Position numbers and translations under genes: made by a program. A DNA stretch of 64,000 nt from Thiomonas intermedia (lineage in GTDB: Bacteria; Pseudomonadota; Gammaproteobacteria; Burkholderiales; Burkholderiaceae_C): NCBI GenBank assembly GCA_022730375.1, contig DZDA01000001.1, positions 4,471 to 68,470 of the forward strand, in the 5' to 3' direction. This document shows positions 9,394-21,388 of this stretch, in pieces; the stretch's first letter is position 1, and the number at the start of each line of letters is the position of its first letter. Below the pieces are notes generated by a model, which searched no databases, was not told the origin of the DNA, and saw only the letters and a list, made by a program, of their open reading frames with translations.

Positions 9394-10794
9394 ATGGGCA
9401 GAACGCTGTACGACAAATTGTGGGACGAGCATGTGGTGCGCACCGAAAGCGACGGCACCGCGCTGCTTTACATCGACCGCCACCTGGTGCATGAAGTCAC
9501 CAGCCCGCAGGCGTTTGAGGGCCTGCAACTCGCGGGCCGCAAGGTCTGGCGGGTGAGCGCGAATCTGGCGGTGGCCGATCACAATGTGCCCACGACCGAC
9601 CGCGCCGGGGGCATCGCCGATCCGATTTCGCGCCTGCAGGTCGATACGCTCGATGCCAACTGCGCCGCCAACGGCATTACCGAGTTCCGCATGAACGACC
9701 GCCGCCAGGGCATCGTGCATGTCATCGGCCCGGAGCAGGGCGCCACCTTGCCGGGCATGACCGTGGTCTGCGGTGATTCGCACACCAGCACCCACGGCGC
9801 GTTCGGAGCGCTGGCCTTTGGTATCGGCACCAGTGAAGTCGAGCATGTGCTGGCCACGCAAACCCTGCTCGCGCCCAAGATGAAGAACCTGCTGGTGCGC
9901 ATGGATGGCCCGCTGCCTGTGGGCTGCCGCGCCAAAGACATCGCGCTGGCCGTCATTGGCAAGATCGGCACTGCCGGGGGCACCGGCTACACCATCGAGT
10001 TCGGCGGCAGCACCATCGCCGCGCTCAGCATGGAAGGCCGCATGACCTTGTGCAATATGGCCATCGAAGCTGGGGCGCGCGCCGGGCTGGTGGCGGTGGA
10101 CGACACGACAATCAACTATGTACGCGGCCGTCCTTTTGCGCCCACCGGCGTCGCCTGGGACCTGGCGGTGCAGTATTGGCGCGGCCTGCATTCCGACGCC
10201 AACGCGAAGTTCGACCGCGTGGTCACGCTCGACGCGCGCGAACTCGTGCCGCAAGTCACCTGGGGCACTTCGCCCGAAATGGTGCTGCCCATCGACGCCC
10301 GCGTGCCCGATCCAGATAAAGAAAAAGACGCCAACAAGCGCTCCGCAATGGAGCGCGCGCTGACCTATATGGGCCTGGAGCCGAACAAAGCCATTGCCGA
10401 TATCCGCATTGACAAAGTGTTCATCGGTTCCTGCACCAACTCGCGCATCGAAGACCTGCGCGATGCGGCGCAGGTGGTGGCCGGGCGGCATATCGCGGCG
10501 AATGTGCGGCAGGCGCTCGTGGTGCCGGGCTCGGGCCTGGTCAAGGCGCAGGCCGAAGCCGAAGGGCTGGACAAGATTTTCAAGGCCGCCGGTTTTGAAT
10601 GGCGCGAGCCCGGCTGCTCCATGTGCCTGGCCATGAACGCCGACCGCCTGGAGCCGGGCGAACGCTGCGCTTCCACCTCCAATCGCAACTTCGAAGGTCG
10701 GCAGGGGGCGGGCGGGCGAACCCATCTGGTCAGCCCGGCCATGGCCGCGGCCGCCGCCGTAGCCGGGCATTTTGTCGACGTGCGCAAGCTGTAA
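9394..10794 (+). CDS. leuC: 3-isopropylmalate dehydratase large subunit
   Basis: [49 protein letters not shown]. Confidence 0.98.
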   Translation: MGRTLYDKLWDEHVVRTESDGTALLYIDRHLVHEVTSPQAFEGLQLAGRKVWRVSANLAVADHNVPTTDRAGGIADPISRLQVDTLDANCAANGITEFRMNDRRQGIVHVIGPEQGATLPGMTVVCGDSHTSTHGAFGALAFGIGTSEVEHVLATQTLLAPKMKNLLVRMDGPLPVGCRAKDIALAVIGKIGTAGGTGYTIEFGGSTIAALSMEGRMTLCNMAIEAGARAGLVAVDDTTINYVRGRPFAPTGVAWDLAVQYWRGLHSDANAKFDRVVTLDARELVPQVTWGTSPEMVLPIDARVPDPDKEKDANKRSAMERALTYMGLEPNKAIADIRIDKVFIGSCTNSRIEDLRDAAQVVAGRHIAANVRQALVVPGSGLVKAQAEAEGLDKIFKAAGFEWREPGCSMCLAMNADRLEPGERCASTSNRNFEGRQGAGGRTHLVSPAMAAAAAVAGHFVDVRKL

Positions 10795-10825
10795 CGATTA
10801 GCCCCATTTTTTTCAGGAGATCGAA

Positions 10826-10963
10826 ATGAAACCTCTGCTGTCCATTCTTCTGCTCGCCGCCGCGCTGCCGTCGCTGACCGCCTGCAATACCGTGGCCGGC
10901 GTGGGCCAGGACCTCAAGGCAGGTGGTCAGGCCATCACCAATGCGGCTGACAAGTCGAAATAA
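10826..10963 (+). CDS. Entericidin A/B family lipoprotein (45 aa; not in the supplied ORF track)
   Basis: MKPLLSILLLAAALPSLTACNTVAGVGQDLKAGGQAITNAADKSK; lipobox LTAC, CNTxxGxGQD motif, AGGAG SD. Confidence 0.9.
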   Translation: MKPLLSILLLAAALPSLTACNTVAGVGQDLKAGGQAITNAADKSK

Positions 10964-10996
10964 CACCCGAACACCGCGGCAACGCGGAAAGACACC

Positions 10997-11644
10997 ATGG
11001 AAAAATTCGTCGTCCACAAGGGACTGGTCGCGCCAATGGATCGCGACAACGTCGATACCGACGCCATCATCCCCAAGCAGTTCCTGAAGTCGATCCGCCG
11101 CAGCGGTTTCGGCCCCAATCTGTTTGACGAGTGGCGCTATCTCGATCACGGCGAGCCGGGGCAAGACCCCGCCTCGCGCAAGCCCAATCCCGACTTCGCG
11201 CTCAACCAGCCGCGCTATGCGGGCGCCAGTGTGCTTCTGGCGCGCGACAACTTCGGTTGCGGTTCGTCCCGCGAACACGCGCCCTGGGCGCTGCAGCAAT
11301 ACGGCTTTCGCGCCCTGATCGCCAGCAGCTACGCCGACATCTTCTACAACAACTGCTTCAAAAATGGCGTGCTGCCGATTGTGTTGTCGAAGGCGCAGGT
11401 GGCCCGGCTGTTCGACGAACTCTATGGTTTCGTCGGCTACACGCTCACCATCGATCTGCCGCGGCAGGTGGTGGTCAAGCCCGATGGCAGCGAGCTCGCC
11501 TTCGAGGTGGGTGACTTCCGCAAGCACTGCCTGATCAACGGGCTCGACGACATCGGCCTCACCCTTGGTCATGCCCAGGACATTCGTGCGTTTGAGGCCG
11601 AGCGCCTGGCGCGCATGCCCTGGCTCGACAACCGCATCCTTTAA
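10997..11644 (+). CDS. leuD: 3-isopropylmalate dehydratase small subunit
   Basis: [28 protein letters not shown]. Confidence 0.98.
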   Translation: MEKFVVHKGLVAPMDRDNVDTDAIIPKQFLKSIRRSGFGPNLFDEWRYLDHGEPGQDPASRKPNPDFALNQPRYAGASVLLARDNFGCGSSREHAPWALQQYGFRALIASSYADIFYNNCFKNGVLPIVLSKAQVARLFDELYGFVGYTLTIDLPRQVVVKPDGSELAFEVGDFRKHCLINGLDDIGLTLGHAQDIRAFEAERLARMPWLDNRIL

Positions 11645-11659
11645 CGCAAACGCCTACCC

Positions 11660-12739
11660 ATGAAAATTGCCGTATTGCCCGGAGACGGTATCGGGCCCGA
11701 AATCATTGCCGAAGCCGTCAAGGTGCTCCAGCGCATTGCGCAAGACGGGATCGACTTCACCTTCGAATTCGCGCCGGTCGGTGGCGCGGCCTATGCCGCC
11801 AGCGGCCATCCGCTGCCTGAGGCCACTCTGAGCTTGGCCAAGTCGGCCGATGCGGTGCTGTTCGGCGCGGTGGGCGACTGGAAGTACGACACCCTGGAGC
11901 GGCGCCTGCGCCCCGAACAGGCCATTCTGGGCTTGCGCAAAAACCTCGGCCTGTTCGCCAATCTGCGTCCGGCCATTCTGTATGCCGAACTGGCCGATGC
12001 CTCCAGCCTGAAGCCTGAAGTGGTTTCTGGCTTGGACATTCTCATCGTGCGCGAACTGACTGGCGACATCTACTTCGGTCAGCCGCGCGGACGGCGCACG
12101 GCGCCCGACGGCGCCTTCGTCGGCCAGCCCGAAGCCTTCGACACCATGCGCTACAGCCGCCCGGAAATCGAGCGCATTGCGCATGTGGCGTTCAAGGCGG
12201 CTCGGGGCCGCAACAAGCGCCTGACCAGCGTGGACAAGGCCAATGTGCTGGAGACCTTCCAGTTCTGGAAAGACATCGTCACCGAGGTCGGCCAGCAGTA
12301 CCCTGACGTGCAGCTCGACCATATGTATGTGGACAACGCGGCGATGCAGCTCGTCAAGGCGCCGAAGAAGTTTGACGTCATCGTCACCGGCAATATGTTC
12401 GGTGACATCCTCAGTGACGAGGCGTCGATGCTCACCGGCTCCATTGGCATGTTGCCGTCGGCGTCGCTGAACGAAAAGGGGCAGGGCTTGTATGAACCGA
12501 GCCACGGCAGCGCGCCCGATATCGCCGGTCAGGGCATCGCCAATCCGCTGGCGACCATCCTGAGCGCGGCCATGATGTTGCGCCATTCCTTGGGGCTGGC
12601 CGAGCAGGCCGACCGCATCGAGGCCGCAGTGCAGAAGGCGCTCGCGCAGGGCTTGCGCACGCCGGACATTCACGCACCGGGCACGCAGAAAGTCAGCACG
12701 GCGCAAATGGGCGACGCGGTGGTCGCCGCGCTGGGTTGA
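11660..12739 (+). CDS. leuB: 3-isopropylmalate dehydrogenase
   Basis: [37 protein letters not shown]. Confidence 0.98.
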   Translation: MKIAVLPGDGIGPEIIAEAVKVLQRIAQDGIDFTFEFAPVGGAAYAASGHPLPEATLSLAKSADAVLFGAVGDWKYDTLERRLRPEQAILGLRKNLGLFANLRPAILYAELADASSLKPEVVSGLDILIVRELTGDIYFGQPRGRRTAPDGAFVGQPEAFDTMRYSRPEIERIAHVAFKAARGRNKRLTSVDKANVLETFQFWKDIVTEVGQQYPDVQLDHMYVDNAAMQLVKAPKKFDVIVTGNMFGDILSDEASMLTGSIGMLPSASLNEKGQGLYEPSHGSAPDIAGQGIANPLATILSAAMMLRHSLGLAEQADRIEAAVQKALAQGLRTPDIHAPGTQKVSTAQMGDAVVAALG

Positions 12740-12773
12740 ACGCGACGATTCAAAACAACACACAACGGAACGG

Positions 12774-13913
12774 ATGATGGCAACGACTTTGGTGGGTTTG
12801 GTGGGATGGCGCGGCATGGTGGGTTCCGTGCTGATGCAACGCATGCGCGAAGAGGGTGATTTCGACCTGATCGAACCGCTGTTCTTCAGCACCAGCAACG
12901 CGGGAGGCAAAGCCCCGGCAGAAGCGAAAAACGAAACCACGCTGCAAGACGCACACGATCTGGAGCAGCTTCGCCGCTGCGACATCATCCTCACCGCGCA
13001 GGGCGGCGACTACACCACGGCGGTGTTCGACAAGCTGCGCGCATCCGGCTGGAGGGGCCACTGGATCGACGCCGCTTCCACCCTGCGCATGCGCGACGAC
13101 TGCGTCATCATTCTCGACCCGGTCAACCGCCCCGTCATCGACGCGGCGATGGCCAAGGGCGGCAACAACTGGATCGGCGGCAACTGCACCGTGAGCTGCA
13201 TGCTCATGGGCGTGGGTGCGCTCTACAAGGCCGGACTGGTGGAGTGGATGACCAGCATGACCTACCAGGCAGCCTCAGGCGGCGGCGCGCAGCACATGCG
13301 CGAACTGCTCACGCAGTTCGGCACGCTCAACGGTTCGGTGCGGGCGCTGCTGGACGACCCGGCTTCGGCCATTCTGGCCATTGACCGCGATGTGCTGGCT
13401 CAGCAAAAGGCGCTCGATGCCGCACAGACCCAGCACTTCGGCGTGCCCTTGGCCGGCAGCCTGATTCCCTGGATCGACAAGGATCTGGGCAATGGTGTGT
13501 CGCGCGAAGAGTGGAAGGGCGGCGCAGAAACCAACAAGATTCTCGGGCAAGGCGCGGGGTTCGGCGCGACGGCCATACCGGTCGATGGTTTTTGCGTGCG
13601 CGTCGGCGCCATGCGCTGCCACAGCCAGGCGCTGACTTTCAAGCTCAAGCAAGACGTGCCGCTCGACGAGATTGAAGGCATGATCGCGGCCGATAACGAC
13701 TGGGTTCAGGTCGTACCCAACGAGCGCGAAGCGACCCTGCGGCAACTCACGCCCGTTGCGGTGACCGGCACGATGCAGATCCCGGTGGGCCGCCTGCGCA
13801 AGCTGGCCATGGGGCCAGACTATCTGGGCGCGTTCACCGTGGGCGACCAATTGTTGTGGGGTGCGGCCGAGCCGCTGCGTCGCATGCTGCGCATTCTGCT
13901 TGAGCGTCATTGA
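12774..13913 (+). CDS. asd: Aspartate-semialdehyde dehydrogenase
   Basis: [37 protein letters not shown]. Confidence 0.97.
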   Translation: MMATTLVGLVGWRGMVGSVLMQRMREEGDFDLIEPLFFSTSNAGGKAPAEAKNETTLQDAHDLEQLRRCDIILTAQGGDYTTAVFDKLRASGWRGHWIDAASTLRMRDDCVIILDPVNRPVIDAAMAKGGNNWIGGNCTVSCMLMGVGALYKAGLVEWMTSMTYQAASGGGAQHMRELLTQFGTLNGSVRALLDDPASAILAIDRDVLAQQKALDAAQTQHFGVPLAGSLIPWIDKDLGNGVSREEWKGGAETNKILGQGAGFGATAIPVDGFCVRVGAMRCHSQALTFKLKQDVPLDEIEGMIAADNDWVQVVPNEREATLRQLTPVAVTGTMQIPVGRLRKLAMGPDYLGAFTVGDQLLWGAAEPLRRMLRILLERH

Positions 13914-14106
13914 CTGCCGGGTTTCCACGGCAAGTCAGCCGAAATCGCCGGAATGCCACAGTTGCCGGGCTTCTGCCCGCCTGTCTTGGCGCATCAACTT
14001 GTCAGCCTAATTTGTTGATGATATGGTGAAATTTGACGCAATTTACTTCTGCAGCCGCAGAGAAACTTGCGCATTCGACATGATCAAAAATTGGGGGGCA
14101 GCCGAC

Positions 14107-16797
14107 ATGCTGCGACAGAACACTCGACGTCTGGCTCTGGCAATCGCCTTGGGCGCAACTGCTGGTCAGGCCTATGCATTCGGCCTTGGGGGTATCAAGG
14201 TGCAATCCGCCTTGGGCCAGCCCCTGAGGGCGGAAATCGACATTACCCAGATCAGCGCTGACGAGGCGTCCTCATTGCAGGTGGGTGTTGCGCCACCCGA
14301 TGCGTTTCAGGCCGCCAAGCTGCATTACAGCAGTGCGCTGTCCGGCGTGCGGATCAAGCTCGAACGCAGCCCGGAAGGGCGCGCCTATCTGCGCGTCACG
14401 TCCAACAGCCCGATCAACGAACCCTTTCTCGATCTGCTCATCCGTGCGCAGTGGGCCAATGGCCAGTTGAGCCGCGACTACACCCTGTTGCTCGATCCGC
14501 CCAATTTCCAGAGCACTCCCACACCGACTCAGGTGCCGGTTCAGACTGCCGCACCTTCGCCCGCGCCCGCCATGCCGGCGGCGCCCTCGGTGTCGAATGC
14601 CGCCAATATCCCAACCCCGGCGATGCCGGTTGCGCCTGCGCTGCAAACGCCGCAGCCTTCGGTGGTTGCGAAAAAGTCGCCCGCCAAGTCTGCTGCGGCT
14701 TCCGGCCAGTATGTGGTCAAGCGGGGCGACACCCTGAGCAAAATCGTCAGAGATTCGGGTGTGCAGTCCGTCTCGCTCGACCAGATGCTTACGGCCATCT
14801 ATCGCGCCAACCAGTCGGCCTTCATCGACGGAAACATCAATCTTGTGAAGACGGGCAGCGTGCTGCAAATGCCCACCGCTGAACAGGCGCAGGCCGTTTC
14901 GCAGCCCGAAGCGCGCCATTTCGTTCTGGCTCAGAGCGAGAGTTTCAACGCCTACCGCCGCCGTCTGGCGGAAATGGGCGGGCAGGCCAAGCCGCAGTCG
15001 CAACGCGAGGTGGCGGGCAAAGTCCAGGCCCAGGTTCAGGAGCCTGCTGCCACAGGCGCGCAGGCTGAAAGCAAGCTCAAATTGAGCAAGGCCGAGGTGG
15101 CTGGCACGCAGAAGGTCCAGCAGATCGCCGACAAGAAGCAGGAAGCGCTCGACGAACAGAAGATCAAGCAGCTGCAGAAAAATGTCGACGAGCTCAGCGC
15201 GCTGTCCAAGCAGGCGCAGACCGTTGCAGCGGCCAAGCCGCAAGCCGCCGCACCTGCGGCAACCGTGGCCGCCGTGGCGAGCAAGGCTGCTGCGGCACTC
15301 ACTGTGCCGGTGAAGAGCCCCGCGCCCGCGCCGGTGGCTGCTGCCTCGGCATCTACGAAACCGGCCGAGGCGCCCAGCGCGGCTGCGGCCGCCGTCGCAA
15401 CCGCTTCGGCGGCTCATGCCGCATCGGCTGCCAAGTCGGCGTCGGCGCCTGTGGCCGCTTCGGCTTCCACCTCTGCTCCCGCTTCGGTTCCCGCATCCGC
15501 GCCTGCGCCCGCGCCGGTGGCGAAGCCTGTGCCCCCGAAGGTCGTCAAGCCCGCCCCGGTCGAGCAGGGGAGCTTCTTCAGCAGCCTGCTTTCCAATCCC
15601 TTGCTGTTGCCCGTGGGCGGCGCTTTGGTGATTCTGCTGCTGTTGCTCGCCTGGCTGGCGCAGCGCAAGAAGGCGGCAAAGTCGCAGCGCGACGTGTCGG
15701 TCTTCGATAGTCGCATGAGTGTGGCCGACAGCTTTTTTGGCGGCACGGGTGGCGAACGCGTCGATACGCGCAACGGCAATATGAGCTCCACCTTCTCCTC
15801 CAGCCAGCTCGACACCAATGACGTTGATCCGGTGGCTGAGGCCGATGTGTATCTGGCCTACGGCCGCGATCTGCAGGCCGAAGAAATCCTCAAGGAGGCC
15901 GTCAAGACCAACCCCGACCGTCTGGCAGCGCGGCTCAAGCTGCTGGAAATCTATGCCAAACGCAAGGATTCCCGCTCCTTCGAAGTTGGCGCCGCAGAAC
16001 TCTTTGCGCTGACGCAGGGCGTGGGCGAAGACTGGAAACGCGCTCAGGATCTCGGTCGCAGTCTCGACCCGGTCAACCCGCTGTATCACAACACGGTGCT
16101 CCCCAGCACGCTGGGCGCGCCGTCGACCATGCCGCAGACAGAGTTCCCGGTGGCTACCCCCACCGCTTTGGCTGCGCTGACTCCGCAAACCTTGCCCAGC
16201 ACCGAAATGCTTTCTGGCGTGGAAACAGCTGCTGCCAAGTCACCAATGCCCGAGCATCTGGACCTGGATCTGAGCTTGCCGATGGGCGAACCTGCCCCTG
16301 CAACGGCGGCAGCACCGCAGGCCGTGCCTGCTCTGCCCGAAATCGAGGCGTCCTCAGCATTCCCCAGCGCGCAGCCGACGCCTGAAAAAGAGCCCGGCAA
16401 AGCCGCGGATGCTGATTTCCTTATGTCAGGCGGCCTAGATTTCAATATGCCGTCCGACTTTGGTGCGCCGGCCTCGACGCTTGGCGCCGCTGAGACTGCC
16501 GCTGAGACCACGAAGGCTGCCACGCATGACAACGCGCTTGACTTTGATCTGAGCAGCATTTCCCTGCAGGACACCGAAGTCAAATCGATCGAGGAATCGC
16601 ACACCGAACTGCCCAAGTTGGAGCCGCAGTTCAGCGAGTCCAGGCCCTCGCTCGATCTCCGTCTGGAGCTCGCGGCAGAAAGCATGGCCATCGGCGATAA
16701 CGAGTCGGCGCGCAACCTGCTGGGTGAGGTGATTGCCGAAGGCGACCCGCAACTCAAGAAACGCGCGCAGGACATGCTGGACAAGATTGACCGCTGA
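14107..16797 (+). CDS. fimV: FimV/HubP-like polar landmark protein
   Basis: [19 protein letters not shown]-terminus, LysM-like segment, Ala/Pro linker, one TM helix, [16 protein letters not shown]-terminal LELA motif; asd-fimV-truA synteny; start uncertain. Confidence 0.9.
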   Translation: MLRQNTRRLALAIALGATAGQAYAFGLGGIKVQSALGQPLRAEIDITQISADEASSLQVGVAPPDAFQAAKLHYSSALSGVRIKLERSPEGRAYLRVTSNSPINEPFLDLLIRAQWANGQLSRDYTLLLDPPNFQSTPTPTQVPVQTAAPSPAPAMPAAPSVSNAANIPTPAMPVAPALQTPQPSVVAKKSPAKSAAASGQYVVKRGDTLSKIVRDSGVQSVSLDQMLTAIYRANQSAFIDGNINLVKTGSVLQMPTAEQAQAVSQPEARHFVLAQSESFNAYRRRLAEMGGQAKPQSQREVAGKVQAQVQEPAATGAQAESKLKLSKAEVAGTQKVQQIADKKQEALDEQKIKQLQKNVDELSALSKQAQTVAAAKPQAAAPAATVAAVASKAAAALTVPVKSPAPAPVAAASASTKPAEAPSAAAAAVATASAAHAASAAKSASAPVAASASTSAPASVPASAPAPAPVAKPVPPKVVKPAPVEQGSFFSSLLSNPLLLPVGGALVILLLLLAWLAQRKKAAKSQRDVSVFDSRMSVADSFFGGTGGERVDTRNGNMSSTFSSSQLDTNDVDPVAEADVYLAYGRDLQAEEILKEAVKTNPDRLAARLKLLEIYAKRKDSRSFEVGAAELFALTQGVGEDWKRAQDLGRSLDPVNPLYHNTVLPSTLGAPSTMPQTEFPVATPTALAALTPQTLPSTEMLSGVETAAAKSPMPEHLDLDLSLPMGEPAPATAAAPQAVPALPEIEASSAFPSAQPTPEKEPGKAADADFLMSGGLDFNMPSDFGAPASTLGAAETAAETTKAATHDNALDFDLSSISLQDTEVKSIEESHTELPKLEPQFSESRPSLDLRLELAAESMAIGDNESARNLLGEVIAEGDPQLKKRAQDMLDKIDR

Positions 16798-17626
16798 TTC
16801 GTCCCCTGACTCCTCCAGCCCGCAGGTTGGGCGTCCTCGGGTCCGAGTCGCGCTGGGCCTGAGTTACGGCGGTACCTCGTACTGCGGCTGGCAGAGTCAG
16901 CCGGGCGGCTGCGGTGTGCAGGATTTTCTGGAGCGGGCGCTCGCGCAGTTTCTGGGCTTCCCAACTCGTACCGTCTGCGCCGGACGCACCGACGCCGGGG
17001 TGCATGCCCTCGGCCAGGTGGTGCACCTCGATACGCCTTTGCAGCGAGAGGCGTCCTCCTGGGTGCGCGGGGTCAATGCCTTCCTGCCGCGCGACATGGC
17101 GGTGCAATGGGCGCGAACCGATCTGCCACAGACTTTTGACGCCCGCCGCAGCGCCTATCAGCGCCGGTATCGCTATGTGCTGCGCAACCATCCCGTGCGC
17201 CCGGCGCTCGATCATGCGCGGGTGGGCTGGACGCATCGCCCGCTCGATCTCGACCGTTTGCGCGTTGCTGCGCAGTGCCTGCTCGGCGAGCATGATTTCA
17301 GCGCATTTCGTTCCAGCGAATGCCAGGCGCTGAGCCCGGTCAAGACGCTGCATGCGATTGAGATTGTGCGTTATGGTCACACCCTCGTGTTCGACCTGCG
17401 TGCCAACGCGTTTCTTCACCATATGGTGCGTAATATCGTGGGCAGCCTGCTGGCAGTGGGCAATGGCTCCAAACCGGTGAGTTGGCTCGCCGAAGTTCTG
17501 GACGGCCGCGACCGCCGTCTGGCGGCGCCGACCTTCATGCCCGACGGGCTTTATTTCCTCGGCCCGGATTACCCGGCAGAATTCAACCTTCCCTCGCCAC
17601 CCACCCAGATCGGCCTGACGATCTGA
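16787..17626 (+). CDS. truA: tRNA pseudouridine(38-40) synthase
   Basis: [27 protein letters not shown]; TTG 16787 start inferred. Confidence 0.93.
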   Translation: MTADSSPDSSSPQVGRPRVRVALGLSYGGTSYCGWQSQPGGCGVQDFLERALAQFLGFPTRTVCAGRTDAGVHALGQVVHLDTPLQREASSWVRGVNAFLPRDMAVQWARTDLPQTFDARRSAYQRRYRYVLRNHPVRPALDHARVGWTHRPLDLDRLRVAAQCLLGEHDFSAFRSSECQALSPVKTLHAIEIVRYGHTLVFDLRANAFLHHMVRNIVGSLLAVGNGSKPVSWLAEVLDGRDRRLAAPTFMPDGLYFLGPDYPAEFNLPSPPTQIGLTI

Positions 17627-17632
17627 TCGCCG

Positions 17633-18295
17633 ATGTCCGAAACGCCGCCCCTGCCGCTCTCGCCCCCCCTGCGCCACCGAACCCGCATCAAAATCTGCGG
17701 CATCACCCGGGTGGAAGACGCGCAGGCAGCCGCGCGCAGCGGCGCTGATGCCATCGGCCTGGTGTTTTATCCGCCGAGTCCGCGCAACGTCACGGTGACA
17801 CAGGCGCGCGACATCGCGCTCAGCCTTCCGCCCTTTGTCTCGGTCGTCGCCCTGTTTGTGAATGCCGCGCCTACGTTGGCCGAGCAAGTGATCGATCAAA
17901 TTCGCCCCGCGCTGCTGCAGTTCCACGGCGACGAAACGCCGCAAGACTGTACCCGCTATCACCACCCCTACATTCGCGCGGCGCGCATGCGCGCAGGGCT
18001 GGATTTGTTAGACTTTGCTTCTCGTTTTTCCACATCACACGCCCTCGTTCTGGACACGGATCAGCCCGGATACGGCGGCGGCGGCGAGGTTTTCGATTGG
18101 TCACGCATTCCCGCAAACGTCGCGCTTCCCCTCGTTTTGTCTGGTGGGTTGCATGCTGCAAATGTGACGCATGCCATCCGGCAGGTGCGCCCGTGGGCGG
18201 TTGACGTCAGTTCCGGCGTCGAAGCGTCCAAGGGCATCAAGAGCGCGCAGCGCATCGCCGAGTTCATCGCCGCGGTTCGCGCTGCAGACCTGTAG
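17633..18295 (+). CDS. trpF: Phosphoribosylanthranilate isomerase
   Basis: [28 protein letters not shown]. Confidence 0.96.
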   Translation: MSETPPLPLSPPLRHRTRIKICGITRVEDAQAAARSGADAIGLVFYPPSPRNVTVTQARDIALSLPPFVSVVALFVNAAPTLAEQVIDQIRPALLQFHGDETPQDCTRYHHPYIRAARMRAGLDLLDFASRFSTSHALVLDTDQPGYGGGGEVFDWSRIPANVALPLVLSGGLHAANVTHAIRQVRPWAVDVSSGVEASKGIKSAQRIAEFIAAVRAADL

Positions 18296-18342
18296 ATCGC
18301 GCCCGGGCATATCTTCTGCCCGGCGCCAGACGAGACCCCACC

Positions 18343-19578
18343 ATGTTTGACTATGCCTATCCCGACGCCAGCGGCCACTTCGGCCCCTATGGCGGAAGTT
18401 TCATCGCCGAAACCCTGAGCCACGCGCTGGAAGAACTCCAGGCGGCTTACGACCATTACAAGAACGACCCGGAGTTCCTGGCCGAATTCCGCTACGAACT
18501 CAAGCATTTCGTCGGCCGCCCCAGCCCGGTGTATCACGCCGCTCGCCTGAGCGACAAACTTGGCGGCGCGCGCATCTACCTCAAGCGCGAAGACCTCAAC
18601 CACACCGGCGCGCACAAAATCAACAACACCATCGGCCAGGCCATGCTGGCTAGGAGGATGGGCAAGCCGCGCGTCATCGCCGAAACCGGCGCAGGGCAGC
18701 ACGGCGTGGCCACCGCGACCATTGCCGCGCGATACGGCATGGAATGCGTGGTGTACATGGGTAGCGAGGACGTCAAGCGCCAGTCGCCCAACGTCTATCG
18801 CATGAATCTGCTGGGCGCGCGCGTGGTGCCGGTCGAATCGGGCAGCAAAACGCTCAAGGATGCGCTCAACGAGGCGTTGCGCGATTGGGTCACGCATGTC
18901 GAAGACACCTTCTACATCATCGGCACCGTGGCAGGGCCGCATCCCTATCCGCAGATGGTGCGCGATTTCCAGCGGGTCATCGGCGATGAATGTCTGGAGC
19001 AGATGCCCGAGATGACCGGACGCCAGCCCGATGCGGTGATCGCCGCCGTGGGCGGGGGCAGCAACGCCATGGGTATTTTCTATCCCTACATTCCCCATGA
19101 ATCGGTGCGGCTCATCGGGGTCGAAGCCGCCGGCCTGGGGCTGGACACGGGCAAGCATGCCGCCTCGCTTTCTGCAGGCACTCCGGGCGTGCTGCACGGC
19201 AACCGCACCTATCTGCTGCAGGACGCCAACGGACAGATCATCGAGACCCATTCGGTGTCGGCCGGGCTCGACTATCCCGGCGTCGGCCCCGAGCATGCCT
19301 GGCTCAAAGATCTCGGGCGGGCAGAGTATGTCGGCATTACCGACGACGAGGCCTTGGCTGCCTTCCACGAACTCTGCCGCATCGAGGGCATCATCCCGGC
19401 GCTGGAATCCAGCCACGCTCTGGCGCATGCCATCAAGCTGGCGCCGCAAATGCGTCCTGACCAGACCATTCTGGTCAATCTCTCGGGGCGCGGCGACAAA
19501 GACATCAACACCGTGGCCGAGCGCGAAGGCGTGAGCTTCGACACCCTGTTCGCCCGCCAGCCCGGAGCCACAAAATGA
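18343..19578 (+). CDS. trpB: Tryptophan synthase beta chain
   Basis: [39 protein letters not shown]. Confidence 0.98.
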   Translation: MFDYAYPDASGHFGPYGGSFIAETLSHALEELQAAYDHYKNDPEFLAEFRYELKHFVGRPSPVYHAARLSDKLGGARIYLKREDLNHTGAHKINNTIGQAMLARRMGKPRVIAETGAGQHGVATATIAARYGMECVVYMGSEDVKRQSPNVYRMNLLGARVVPVESGSKTLKDALNEALRDWVTHVEDTFYIIGTVAGPHPYPQMVRDFQRVIGDECLEQMPEMTGRQPDAVIAAVGGGSNAMGIFYPYIPHESVRLIGVEAAGLGLDTGKHAASLSAGTPGVLHGNRTYLLQDANGQIIETHSVSAGLDYPGVGPEHAWLKDLGRAEYVGITDDEALAAFHELCRIEGIIPALESSHALAHAIKLAPQMRPDQTILVNLSGRGDKDINTVAEREGVSFDTLFARQPGATK

Positions 19579-19656
19579 AACAGCCCCCTGACTCGCTGCG
19601 CTCATCTCCCCCCGAGGGGGTGTCGGTTCCTTCGGGGCGTCCGCGCGGAACCGACA
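19579..19656. repeat. Palindromic REP/RPE-like element between trpB and the trpA core
   Basis: CCCCCGAGGGGG followed by inverted repeat TGTCGGTTCC (19621-19630)/GGAACCGACA (19647-19656). Confidence 0.5.
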
Positions 19657-20453
19657 TGAACCGCATCGACCAACGCTTCGCCCAGCTTCGCGCCCAGAAT
19701 CGCAAGGCGCTCATTCCCTACATCGCCGCAGGCGATCCCGCGCCTTCGGTGACCGTCGCGGTGATGCACGCCCTGGTGCAAGGCGGGGCCGATGTGATCG
19801 AACTCGGCGTGCCGTTTTCCGATCCCATGGCCGATGGCCCGGTGATTCAGCGCGCCACCGAGCGGGCCATTGCAAAAGGCGTCGGGCTGCCCCAGGTGCT
19901 CGATTTCGTGCGCGATTTCCGCCAGACCGATGCCGTCACTCCCGTGGTGCTGATGGGCTACGCCAACCCGGTGGAGCGCTACGGCGTGGAGGCCTTTGTG
20001 GCTGCGGCCAAGGCTGCGGGCGTGGATGGCGTGCTCATCGTCGATTACCCGCCCGCGGAAAGCGAGGCGTTTGCTGCGGCGCTCAAGGCTGCAGACATCG
20101 CCCCGATCTTTCTGCTCGCCCCCACCAGCACGGACGCCCGTATGGCCGACGTGGGCCGTATCGCCAGCGGCTATGTGTATTACGTCTCGCTCAAGGGCGT
20201 GACGGGTGCCGGCCATCTCGACACTTCCGCCGTGGCGGCCATGCTGCCCCGCATCCGCGCTCATGTGCAGGTGCCCGTGGGAGTAGGATTCGGCATTCGC
20301 GATGCGCAGACCGCGCGCGCGATCGGCCAGCTGGCCGATGCCGTGGTCATCGGTTCGCGTCTGATCGAATTGATGGAGGCGCAGCCCGCGGAACAAGCGG
20401 CGGACGTTGCGCGCGGCTTCATCCAAGACATTCGCCAGGCGCTCGACGCTTAA
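19656..20453 (+). CDS. trpA: Tryptophan synthase alpha chain (alternative in-frame start at 19575)
   Basis: [33 protein letters not shown]. Confidence 0.97.
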   Translation: MNRIDQRFAQLRAQNRKALIPYIAAGDPAPSVTVAVMHALVQGGADVIELGVPFSDPMADGPVIQRATERAIAKGVGLPQVLDFVRDFRQTDAVTPVVLMGYANPVERYGVEAFVAAAKAAGVDGVLIVDYPPAESEAFAAALKAADIAPIFLLAPTSTDARMADVGRIASGYVYYVSLKGVTGAGHLDTSAVAAMLPRIRAHVQVPVGVGFGIRDAQTARAIGQLADAVVIGSRLIELMEAQPAEQAADVARGFIQDIRQALDA

Positions 20454-20462
20454 GGAGACCCT

Positions 20463-21338
20463 ATGAGTTGGCTGGAAAAGCTCCTCCCTCCCAAAATTCA
20501 ACAGACCAGCCCGCAGGATCGGCGCCAAGTGCCTGAAGGCCTGTGGATCAAGTGCCCGTCGTGCGAAACCGTGCTCTATAAATCGGATCTGGAGCTCAAC
20601 CAGAACGTCTGTCCGAAGTGCAGCTACCACATGCGTATCGGCGCCCGCGCCCGGCTCGACGCGCTGCTCGACCCCGAAGGCCGGTTCGAGATCGGTCAGG
20701 AAGTGTTGCCCATCGATCCGCTGAAATTCAAGGACAGCCGCAAATATCCCGACCGTCTCAAGGAGGCGCTGGAAAACACCCAGGAGACCGATGCGCTGAT
20801 CGTCATGGGCGGCGCCATTCAAACCCTGCCGGTGGTGGTGGCCTGTTTCGAGTTCGAGTTCATGGGCGGCTCCATGGGCTCTGTGGTCGGCGAGCGTTTC
20901 GTGCGCGGCGTACAGGCGGCCATCGAACAGAAGGTGCCTTTCATCTGCTTTACCGCCACGGGCGGCGCGCGCATGCAGGAAGGGCTGCTCAGCCTGATGC
21001 AGATGGCCAAGACCAATGCCTCGCTCACCCGCCTGTCCGCAGCCGGACTGCCTTTCATCAGCGTGCTCACCGACCCGACCATGGGCGGGGTATCGGCCAG
21101 TTTTGCCTTCATCGGCGATGTGGTTCTCGCCGAGCCCAAGGCGCTGATCGGTTTTGCCGGCCCGCGGGTGATCGAGAACACCGTGCGCGAAAAGCTGCCC
21201 GAGGGTTTCCAGCGCGCTGAGTTTCTGCTGCAAAAGGGCGCGGTTGACCGTATCGTTGACCGCCGTGAACTGCGCGGCGAACTCGCGCAAATGCTGGCCA
21301 TGCTGCTGCGTCAGCCTGCCGACGCGATCGCTTCCTGA
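20463..21338 (+). CDS. accD: Acetyl-CoA carboxylase carboxyltransferase beta subunit
   Basis: Zinc finger CPSC...[22 protein letters not shown]. Confidence 0.97.
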   Translation: MSWLEKLLPPKIQQTSPQDRRQVPEGLWIKCPSCETVLYKSDLELNQNVCPKCSYHMRIGARARLDALLDPEGRFEIGQEVLPIDPLKFKDSRKYPDRLKEALENTQETDALIVMGGAIQTLPVVVACFEFEFMGGSMGSVVGERFVRGVQAAIEQKVPFICFTATGGARMQEGLLSLMQMAKTNASLTRLSAAGLPFISVLTDPTMGGVSASFAFIGDVVLAEPKALIGFAGPRVIENTVREKLPEGFQRAEFLLQKGAVDRIVDRRELRGELAQMLAMLLRQPADAIAS

Positions 21339-21388
21339 TTTGTTCAGACTTTCCCGTCGTTCGCAGCCGCGGGCGACGGGCCTTGCGC

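Noticed and set aside
13986-14003. Possible sigma-54 promoter (TTGGCGCATCAACTTGTC) upstream of fimV
   Set aside because: GG-N10-GC spacing is not satisfied
15200-15560. Repetitive GC-rich stretch in fimV
   Set aside because: Encodes the Ala/Pro/Ser low-complexity linker typical of FimV; not a repeat array
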